20,000 bases of DNA from Catajapyx aquilonaris (taxonomy: Eukaryota): contig JYFJ02001872.1 of the NCBI GenBank assembly GCA_000934665.2, positions 47,771 through 67,770 of the forward strand. The letters are read 5' to 3'. The notes beneath the pieces were generated by a model that saw nothing but the letters and a program-made list of their open reading frames with translations, had not been told where the DNA came from and ran no database searches. The translations under genes and the position numbers were made by a program. Shown in pieces: positions 1 to 9,991 of the stretch (the stretch's first letter is position 1; each line of letters opens with the position of its first letter).

Positions 1-349
1 ATGGCATGTTCACTGTGCTGCCAATTATGTATTTATTTAAATTATTCCATATCTAATTGTATGTGCCAGGATTTGCAGAGATGACATTGTAATTGAACTA
101 CTTTTCAGTACTGGTAGATTTCTTGAATAGTGCCAGCGTCACATATGGCAGGTGTTTTTTCAGAGGAAACTCTAATCATAATAAGTTGGATACTCATGTA
201 GTACATGTGAAATTCAATGCAATACAGATCTAACAATTCCATAATATAATTACGTGCGCATTACATAATTACAGACGAAATTTCTTTGCTAATTAGACTG
301 GATTTTTCAAGTGCTATGAATTAATTATCAGCATGATATCCGAGTTTGA

Positions 350-638
350 CACTGGAGCCTTGCTGTGGGGTCTTTTCGGACCCCAAAGGAATTTAAATGC
401 ATTAAAATTACAATTACAATGAACTGTTTGCCCATTTTTAAAGTATATAACTGGAAGTGCATGTTTATTTTGAATTAGCGATCAATTTAGGCATTGTTCA
501 AAGAATGATTGTATATAGTCAATACCTTTAAAAGTATCATATAAAAATTAATAAAAATTAAAGTAGCCTATGGCGTGGGAACATAAAAGACCCCACGGCA
601 CGGTTAACGTAACTTTCAGGCACGGCACGGTTCCAGGG
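350..638. mobile_element. Degenerate piggyBac-like MITE in a DENND1 intron
   Basis: Left end ttga|cactggagccttgctgtggggtctttt aligns with the reverse complement of the right end, ttta|ccctggaaccgtgccgtg. An internal inverted copy aaaagaccccacggcacggtt lies at about 585-605, plus a ggggtc..gacccc palindrome. A CCC-start TIR and decayed TTAA-like flanks are piggyBac hallmarks. Confidence 0.5.
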
Positions 639-750
639 TAAAACTAGTTGCAGGTCTTTTTTAATGCAGTACTTCACTTGAAGTAAAGTATGCAAACAAG
701 AGAAAATAATATACCATATAAGTGGTAATTCTTCTCCCAATATATTTCAG

Positions 751-3700
751 GCCTCGTGAGCAGGTGCGGAACTTGTTTGAGTGCTTTTGTGAGGTGGAGG
801 CAGCAAAGTCATCCACAGAGATGCCTCGAATTGTTAAAAAGTTCCCAGAAAGCTACAAACAACATGAAGTGCTCAAATCTGTCCCACAATTTTCTTTCCC
901 ATGCGAGTTCCCTAAGCCAAAGTGAGCTTTCATCTACTTAATACTGACATCTTCAATACTTTCAGTGTGTAACAAATTATTTCTTTTACTGTAGTGATGT
1001 GGTACAACATTTTTCATTTGTCCTCACTAACATTGACTCAAAGTGGACATTTGGCTTCTGCCGCTTGGCCCCAGGGCCAGCAACAGCTCTGGTCATCCTC
1101 AGTTTCCTACCATGGCATGAAGTTTTTTACAAGTGAGTCATCATAAGAATGCAGGGTTTCTGAAAAAATAGACTATGTTTGATGGAATGGGTGTGCATTT
1201 TTTGCAGGCTGCTGAACCAATTGGCAGAGCTTACTCAACCCAGGTCAGTGAGTCACCCAGATGTCAATCCAGTGTGGACCTTCCTGGAAGCCCTCAACCG
1301 TGTGTCTGTTCCTGAACCAGGGGGTACACTTCAGGTTCCATTTGAAAAAGAAGTTAAGGTGTGTTATTGTGTTTACTTGTAATTAAGAATTTTCACAAGC
1401 AATAAAAGTAAATTGTGCAGAACATTACAGTAACTTTTAACACTGTGTGCTCTGTGAAGGTAAATGTTGTAAGTCATGAGGTACATTATTAAATACTTTT
1501 GTTTAAAGACAACATCCAGAGCATTGATTGAGCAGTGTCCCAAAGTCAACAAGATCTCTTACGTGCTTGTTGTGGACAGAAATTCCCATTGCCACACTGT
1601 TGTGCAATCTTTTCCAAAATGGGATTCAATGTTTTATGTTAAAAGTAATTCCAGTGTAAAAATTGCTTTAAATGGTTGTGTGCTTTCTTTGCAGATCTTT
1701 ACATGTAACTGTCCAGATGAGTTTTCTTTACCAAGTATACCAGAAAGTGTGAGTATATGATCCTATGTCGTTAATTTGGTCAAAAATTTTAATGTGGACT
1801 AAATAGGGGATTTTAAACATTTTATGCATTTTGACACAACTCCCAGGACATGTCATGTCACAAAACTCATTAGCTTTTTAAGAAGGGTGGAAAGGTTAAA
1901 CGATGCTCCATGTCAGACAAACGTATTTTTCCAAGTAATCTCTGGAGAAAAACAATTTGAGCGACTATCATAGAGAAAGTTATTGATGGGCAGTCTGTAA
2001 CTTCTACTTAAATAATATTTCTTTTCAGCGCAACTTGACCGAATACGTGAATGCCATTGAGGTGTCCAACATGCTGGCAATCTTTGCATCCCTCTTGTTT
2101 GAGCGTCGAATACTCGTGGTGTCAAGCCGCTTATCTCGCTTGAGCGCTTGTGTACAGGCTGCCAATGCTCTCCTGTACCCCATGCATTGGCAACACATCT
2201 TTATCCCAGTGCTTCCTGCAGCCCTGCAGGATTATCTTCTTGCTCCAATGCCTTACTTGATTGGGGTACCATTACCAATCTGGAAGAGGGTTAGAAAGTC
2301 AGAGCTGGGTGATGTTGTCGTTGTTGATGCTGACAGGAATCGGGTAGACACCCCCTTCCAGGACGTTGAGAGTTTGCCTCCAGAAGTGGTTTGTAGTATA
2401 TGTGCAAATGTTTCATGGATATCTAGTTTTGGTTGTGACTAGCTGACAGTTAGTTAAAAATATAACAATTACTTTACTTCCCATCGTGGCTTTTCCCTAA
2501 AGAAGGGTGCCGCAATAACAGGAAAGAGCATAAACGCTTGCTTCCTCTATACCTCATACTGTCATACATAAAATCTAGAACACTCCTTAGGAGTGCCCAG
2601 AAAACAATAACAATGACAAGTATATCAGTATGATATTGGAGAGGGGGCTAGAAAGAGGAAATGTGGGATGGAGGATCAGGAAGCAGGAGTGGGAGGGAGG
2701 GTAATAATTGATGAGAAGGATTCTGATGAAGTGTGTTATAAGGATGATGTAGAGTAGCAGTCGTCACCTTTTTTGTTATTGCTGAACCCTTCCTTTAATG
2801 ATGGTGAAGCAGTGGCAAGAGCCACTTATATAATGAGGCAGCTGTGTAGGGTATGTTTCGTTCACTTTCAAAATTCTCCTACCACCCAGACAGATATCCT
2901 GATCAACCTTGAGATGCCTGCCATTAGTTGTTATTAGCCTGCTTCTGAGAAATGATCTGAATCCATTTAAAAGGGCTTTATTTCTTGAAAGGTGGCATCA
3001 TTTCGAAGACGTCTTCGCAGTCCTGACAGTCTCCTGAGGGATGGTGTGGCTCGAGCTTTTTTGAGAGCCCTGGTACAGCTTATAGGCGGGTACAGAGATG
3101 CGCTACGCTTCCATCAAGGAGCCAAGATCACCTTTGACCAAGAGCTGTTTGTATTATCCAGGCCATCGAATCTCCAACCTTTTCTACGATCCATGTTACA
3201 CCTCCAGATATTCCAGCAGGTAGGGTAGTCATTCTTAGATGCACCACTTTCAGTACTAACATTTTATTCTTACAGTTTGTAGAGGAGCGACTGGATATTC
3301 TGAACTCAGGACAGGGCTTCTCTGATGAATTTGAACTTGAGGCATACCGATACTCAGAGAAGGAAAGCTCAAAGTTAAAGCAGCAATATCGGGAATGGCT
3401 TAGTACAGTGAGGAAAGAAGGTGGAGCTTTTCTCAAAAATGTTAAAAACAAGGTAAGGGGTGATGACTTGATTGGTCTTGGCAGTTGGCATGGGTAGTGC
3501 ACGTTTTTGCTAGGATGGGTTGTTGATATGTTTGCTTTTTTTGTTCTTGTTTGTTTTCTACTTTTTTTTCCCAGGCCAATCCTGCAGTCAAGTCAGCTGT
3601 TAAGACTGTAAGTGTGGCTTTTTGTTTGGGGACCTATATTGTTTAGACTACTGGAAAGTCACTTGTTTTGGACGTATTATGAATTATGATGTGCTACTGT

Positions 3701-6700
3701 AATTTTAGTATATTTTACAATGCATGGATTCAGTGAGCAAGATTTATTTTATGAGATTTTGTTGAGAGATTTTTACCTCCTGCTGCTGACTGACATTTTC
3801 ATATTGCATTGAGAATACTCAGGCTTGTCATTTATTAAATACAAGGGCTAATTGAAAAGTAATTTACAACTTTTTAAATTCCAACGCTTCATTACAGAAA
3901 CTGATGCTGGCATGTACATATAAAAGGGCAAGGGTGGAATATTCGTCCCACTGCTAGTTACTTCTAACTTAGCATTACCATTGCAACACTGGTACACTGC
4001 TAAGTTAGCAGTAACTAGCAGTGGGACAAAAATACCACCCCAAGTCTTTCTCTAATTTAAGACATAGTCACCATCCACTTTGATGCACTTGTCTTACCGT
4101 ACATTAGTTTTTCCATGCCCCTGCAGAAAAAGCGTCAGGTTGGCTGGGCAGGCAGCCTCTTTCACTTCCTTGATGTTGCTGAGGTCTTGAGAGGCCAGTA
4201 CTTCTTTCTTGGCCCAAGATATGCGAGACCATGGTTAAGACCATCATTTCGTACTAATGAAGAGGCACCTGGCCGATCAGCACTTCAGCAACATGGAGCA
4301 AGTGAAAGAAGCCATACGCCACTGGTTTCTCATCCAGCCTGACCCTTTTTTCTGCAGGGGCATGGTAAAACTAGTGTCCCAAATGCACCAAAGTGGATGG
4401 TGACTTTTTCTAAAAGTAGAGAAAGACTTGCCATTTCATATGTATATGTCAATTTCAGTTTCTGTAATGAAACTTTGGAATTTAAAAAGTTGTCAATTAC
4501 TTTTCGATTAGCCCTTGTATTTTTGCCACTGTTCAGTTCATTCCTCAGGTGGTCTTGTTTGCTTTGTTGCTATTTCAGTAAATAAGGACGCATCGAGGTT
4601 GTTCCTAGATGCCAGCTGAGTATGTACTATTGGCATGGAAATGGTTCGCACACTTGTCTGGACCATTTCTGTGTTGATAGTTGTGATTTTGTGAACAATA
4701 TAGTACAGAGCTGGACATTTGTTTAGTGTACATGAGATGATGTTGCACAGTAGTGCCAGCTTATTATAAACTGTCAACTGGACACAATATCCTAACTAGC
4801 GCTGCCAAGAGCTAATAACTCTTGGCGCTGCATGTTGCAGTTGATGCTTTAGCATTTAATAGGAGCAGCTAATTACACAAAATTGTAATTAGTTGACTTG
4901 ATTGTATTTGTAACAATCCTGTCATACATATGAACCATGAAACTGATCATACTCTCAAAGTGGGAGTTGTTATTTTTATTATAACCCATTTGGGGTTGTC
5001 ACCAATATTGAGAAATGATGCCAAGGTGGGAGTTCATTTTTTATAATTTTCACTTGTTCAGATGAATTTTCAACTTATTACTGAATTTTGATCATGTCTT
5101 TTCCATGTTCATCGCACATGTAGGTAAAGGAGCGAGGCAAGTCAGCCTATAAGGACATCAAGTCAAGGTTCAAGGATCTGCACAGCCGAGATGAGTTTGA
5201 TGCAGTCCCTTCCCATGACCCTATGCCCTTCGCCATGTCTAGTTCCAAACCCCACTCAGCTCCCTCCTCTCCCACTGTCAAGCAGAGGCCCCTCACAATA
5301 GCTACAACCTCTTATAGGAGGGAAGGGCCACCTTTCAGGCCACCCAGACCTACTCACAGGTTAGAGAAAGTTCTTCTCACAATTCTTTTACCATTTCGTG
5401 AGTAAATATTGTGATTTACAACCAGTTAAGTGATCCACTATCAGGCGGATTTAGCACTTGTGGTAGTCTTAGATGTAGTACTTTGCAACTCATCCTTCAG
5501 CCAGTATTATATACAAGTGCTTGTTCTAGTTTAATTTTTCTGTGTTGCCATGTCGCATAGGTCAGATATGTTGTCCTGGAAAAACTGCTGCAAAATCAGT
5601 ATCATTTTTTTCAGGTATTCAATTTTGTGCTTCCATTGAAACAACTTGCTAATACTGTTGTGTTATTATTTGTCTTGTGGCAGTCCTGGACATTACAATC
5701 CATTAGATGCTACCTCTCCTGGAACCCCTGGCAGTCCCGAGGGAGCATCCAGTGCGAGTGGTTCTGGATCTGAACTGCACCCTCCTTGCCTGAACCTCGA
5801 CCTCATGAATGATATGCAGGACTTTCTCTTCAGGACAGTCCCCTCGTCTTCCTCCTCTGCTTCCTCACTGGGACCTCCTGTTGATCGATCCGTAAGTATT
5901 CGTTGCCTTGCTCATCAACCTCTCACATTTCCCCTTTTAATTATGTGTTTCTCTATCTTCATACAACTACACTGTTTGTCTTTGTTTATCAACCTATCAA
6001 AAGCACTTGTGTGTATTATTTATATGCACTGGGAACTAAGACTGGAAAGCTGCTTGATTGTCTAAAATGTAGAAATTCTTTCTGTACAGAGTTATAGGAT
6101 GTAATAATTGTAATGTTAATAAAATTTTGTCTAATACATCTTCTATGGTCAAGTCGTCAGCTTTCTACTTTTATGGATGTTTGTATGTAATTTTTATTGA
6201 GCATTGGTCTCATGTTGTAGGCATGAGGTCTCTACACATATTATTTTGTGATGAGCTTTTTAGCATAAATAGGAAGCTGTTTTAGGGCACCTTCTGATGC
6301 AGTCCCTGAAAGACATTCAAACATGATTTATTATTATGCCAATTGGCTATTATCATCATGTGATAAGGTAGTATGGTTGTTGAGGTAAAAACCAACTGCT
6401 CTCCAGTCTGAGGTTTCACAGACCACATACGTCTTGCACTTTTTTCTTCTGTCCATTTCTTACTGCCTACATTGTTGTGCGGATGGTTGAGGGTGCTGGG
6501 GGGAAACCCCACCTCTTGCAGCTGAAACCCACCCGAAGCTTCGACAGCTCCACCAGTAAGGATGCTTTTGGCCAGCGTCCCTTCCTTGCTGTGTCTACAG
6601 ACACTCCTCTCTCATCCGAAGCCCTACTACTGGCCCCTGCCCCTGAACCTACTGCCATTTCTTCTCCGTCTTCCCTCTCGCCAATCCCACCACCTTCTCC

Positions 6701-8288
6701 TCCTCCAAGACCCACCAGAAGACGGCAGGTGGGCAGCACTCATGATGGAATTTCTTCCAAGGTAAGGGCTTTTCTGTCTGGGCGCCTTAATTGTGATTTT
6801 GCCCTTTATTTTGAGCTTTTAGTGTTCCACCGTGTAATACTTTCTCTCCTATTTTTTGTTCAGGAAAGGACTGGTACGTCACACGTAAATATTGTGGTGT
6901 CCCTGTCGAGTTGACTCGCGTGTGGCTTGCATGACTTGTGTGTAGACGTGCTTGAACTTACCTCATGTACATTTTAAATTCCGATAGATTAGAGGAGTAT
7001 TTCATAGCCAGCTTATGAAAAGAGAATGTAAGTTACATAACAGTTAGGCTGGGTTGCAGCGTGGGGATTTTTCTAGAAACCTGGTGTTACCATTGCAATT
7101 AATTGTTGCTTAACAAATCATAACAATAGTAATCATGGGGTTTCGAGTGAAACTCTCGATGGTGCAGCCCAGCCTTAGAGTTAGTGGAGTGTTGAAAATT
7201 GTGATTCAATAAAGCAGTTGATAATGACTTCACCTATTTATATGTAGGTGAGCTCTTATTATGTGTAATACTGAACAAAAGTCACTAAAAACTGCAGATC
7301 TAATGTAAGAATTAAAGCTTAAAATTTTTTACAGAAGTATCAAGTCAAATGTTGTAAAGTTGTGTGCAAGGTAATAAGTGGTACAAGCTTTGAGCCACTG
7401 ATGTATTCTGCATGTTTTCAAGACTCCAGCTCACTGGAAAAGGACTAAGAAGCTTATTGCAACTAAAATTGGTTTTGAGCAGGACAACTTGTGTAGATCA
7501 GTTTGCATATTGCAAGTAAGAATAAATTAAGGAGTTCTGCTGTACCTGACCCAGAGGCATTTACTTGGCTACTGTGCAAAGCGACAAGACCCTGAAATCA
7601 AACAAAACAAGAAAAATAGTAGCTCAGAACAAGGCTTTATGTATTTTTAAAATTGGTATACTGCACAGTACCAGTAAAATTCATGGAATGTAAAGGACGG
7701 TTATTGACAGTGCCAACCTGCACGTGTTTCATGAGTTGTGGTACATGTACCCCAGCCTACAGGTAGCTCCTTCCATGCTAGGCCAGTACTATATCTGGTT
7801 CTAGTACTGGGGCCTTCATTGGATTGAAACTGCCCAGTGTTAATTTACCTGTTAAATGTGTAGTGTAGTAATGCTTATGTGTGCAAACATGCCTGCAGGA
7901 GCACACAGTGACCACAGGCGACCTGATTCGCCTGGATTCAAGCTCAGCAGAGGAGGAATTCGACCCACTCCATCCAAGCAGGCGGCGCCCTTCGGAACCA
8001 TCAAGCAGCTTGAGGGTCAACCCAGCATACGACCTGCACCTGGTTCCACCCAGGGCCCACTCCACTCAGCCTTACTCCAAGGGCGATGCAGACCTGCTGA
8101 GGGAGTACGGGCTGGACTTCAGCCAACTCCACCTATCCGGACCAAGCGGAAGTCACGTGGAGGCAACAACCAATGGGGCAGGAGTCAAGGTGCGTCAGCC
8201 AGCACAACTGGACCCATTTGCACAGTTGGTCGACTTGACCGAAGCAAGGAAGGGTTTGCACAAAACCAACTGGACAACATTTGATTGA
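751..8288 (+). CDS. DENND1: DENN domain-containing protein 1 (connecdenn, Rab35 GEF), 5'-partial. Exons 751-921, 995-1132, 1208-1358, 1695-1748, 2029-2388, 2992-3219, 3276-3452, 3575-3607, 5124-5359, 5684-5891, 6522-6761 (alternative donor 6728), 7899-8288
   Basis: GT-AG introns with consistent phases join uDENN (LFECFCEV..FP..F.FPCEF; QHFSFVLTNIDSKWTFGFCR; SFLPWHEVFYKLLN), cDENN (LPSIPESRNLTEY; LFERRILV; LYPMHWQHIFIPVLP; APMPYLIG) and dDENN (FLRALVQLIGGYRDAL; QIFQQFVEERL..GFSDEFE). A Ser/Pro-rich tail follows with endocytic motifs DLIRLD, FDPL, DLL, DPF and C-terminal WTTFD* (WxxF-acidic). Start exon not seen in the window. Confidence 0.93.
3842..4517. mobile_element. Mariner-derived fold-back (palindromic) non-autonomous element with TA target-site duplication
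   Basis: Ends are TA|caagggctaattgaaaagt ... acttttcgattagcccttg|TA. The arms are inverted copies almost to the centre (about 4230). The right arm translates LMKRHLADQHFSNMEQVKEAIRHWFLIQPDPFFCRGMVKLVSQ/CTKVDGDFF*K*, resembling a mariner transposase C-terminus. Confidence 0.88.
3932..4040. mobile_element. Palindromic MITE (PIF/Harbinger-like) nested in the left arm of the mariner fold-back; CAA target-site duplication
   Basis: gggtggaatattcgtcccactgctagttacttctaacttagca pairs with tgctaagttagcagtaactagcagtgggacaaaaataccaccc. It is flanked by caa (3929-3931, 4041-4043), and the opposite host arm has a single CAA (empty site). Confidence 0.88.
7047..7174. mobile_element. Tourist/PIF-Harbinger-like MITE with TTA target-site duplication
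   Basis: TTA|ggctgggttgcagc ... ggtgcagcccagcc|TTA, with degenerate inverted similarity extending about 50 bp inward. Confidence 0.82.
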
Positions 8289-9847
8289 AGTTCCAGTGAA
8301 ATCAAGTGCTTAGGGGAAATTGTTTTTGTTGTTTTGTTGTTTATGGGTGTGGGTGGTGGTACGATGAGATCGGGGGTGGGAAGGGGGGGGGTCGGGTGTA
8401 TTGTTGTGATGAAGTTATTAAGCCAAAGGTACTCCATATTTGGTTGTCATGTATGCTATTTACAAGCACCGGCTGTAATATTTCCATTAATGGTTTATCA
8501 TGAGCTGTTACTGCAGGCCTCTATTTTCCATTCTTGTGGTCACCTGAAGATCGGAACAAGCGAGCTTGTTATTGACGAAATTAAGAATTGAGTCAAAAAA
8601 AGGTCAACAACCATTAGAAGTCCAATGTGCGAATGTGAAGGAATTTATCGTAAATTTATTGAAGAAAAAGTATTTTTGTAAGAATGTACCATTTAAAAAA
8701 AAGATTTTCCTCAGAACTACTGTATAACACACAATGTACTCAAAGCTTGTCATATGTAAGTACAGGCTTGATTTAGTTGCCAATGCGATATGGTTATGCC
8801 TACAGCATGCCATGCAATTTAATTTTTTTTGCATTCTGTGACAAAAGTGTGAAGCACAATATGTGGTCACATATACATAAGTATAAGAAGTTTATGTCTC
8901 AAAGTTTATCCAACTATACTTTCAAGATTTCCTAGGCTGGACCAGCTTGGAAAGAATTTGAAGGCTTGTTATGATTATTTCAGAGTATTACGTAACTGAT
9001 ATGTTATAAATATTATATTGTTTTATCACTGAGTGATAATAGACTTGAATCAAATATTCAAGGTTCTAGGGGTTAATGAATTTTTAATGGACCACTGCAA
9101 ATTACATTTGTGTTGAAAACTAACTTGCTTCATAGATATACCGGTGACAAAGTGCAACGCACAGCAAACTGACATGGTTTGATTAGTTGTGGTAAAGAAG
9201 CATTTACTTCCGGCACCTTGAGAGTAATTTGCAGTGGTATGTGAAGGGGTTGCACTGCAGTGTACAAGTCAGCATAATTTGGACACCAATTTTCAAAGTA
9301 GGTAAGGTATGCAGTGATTTGAGGTGATTATGGATAATTGCAAAATACTACCTCAAGACAACTATACTTACGTTACCAGAATTGACAACAGTAGTGTGGC
9401 TACATTTCATATGGATTCTTTAGAGAAAGGTCTATGATTTATGAAAGTTGGGAATGTTGCAGGATACTCGCTGAAGCATTCACGCAAATTTATTTTTATT
9501 GGTGAAAATATTGAGGGGGCCTTCACATTCCTTTTGTGTGGTAATTTCTAAAAGTGATGAAGAGTTGAACTCTTAAATTATTCCAAATCTATTTCATGAG
9601 TGGTGCTGGACACAAAATTCATTATATTGCTCATATACCATGCATGAGTTTGAAAGAAAGGTACACATGTCTCCTTCCATGTTATGAAACCTGTGACTGT
9701 GGTAACTTGTTACTTCCTCATAAAAAGATGATGTGGTGCTGCAATGTCATGGTGATACCATAGAGCTGCTTTTGTATACATATCCCTGTGAACTCCCTGA
9801 GTTGTCTTTCCTGGAGTGACCACAAGTTTTCATTTTCCAAACCCTCT

Positions 9848-9853
9848 TTATTT
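9848..9853 (-). terminator. Probable polyadenylation signal of ValRS
   Basis: AATAAA on the minus strand about 140 nt after the stop codon. Confidence 0.45.
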
Positions 9854-9991
9854 CATGACATAGCTCTTATTCCGTCATGTAAAAACCCTCTTTCTACCAA
9901 AACTGCCCTTCAGAATTCCATTCATCTTCCCTTCCTGAGCAAGTTAATGAAAACAGATTGCTATAAAACAGTGTATTATTTTTCCATAGTC

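Noticed and set aside
2468..2600. Possible 3' tail of an RTE-type LINE on the minus strand (..cccttctttagggaaaagccacgatgggaagtaaagtaa)
   Set aside because: Only a vague resemblance; no TSD or RT-coding remnant could be recognised.
4115..4342. 75-aa ORF inside a DENND1 intron
   Set aside because: Chance ORF across the mariner fold-back; the transposase remnant is in another frame.
4804..4826. 8-bp stem hairpin gccaagag/ctcttggc
   Set aside because: Too short, with no Helitron CTRR end or other supporting context.
4957..5047. Short imperfect direct repeat gtgggagtt..ttttataa
   Set aside because: Two degenerate AT-rich copies only; not an array or a clear TSD.
7856..8284. 142-aa overlapping alternative-frame ORF in the last DENND1 exon
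   Set aside because: No recognisable features, while the other frame carries the conserved endocytic motifs. The GC-rich exon explains the openness.
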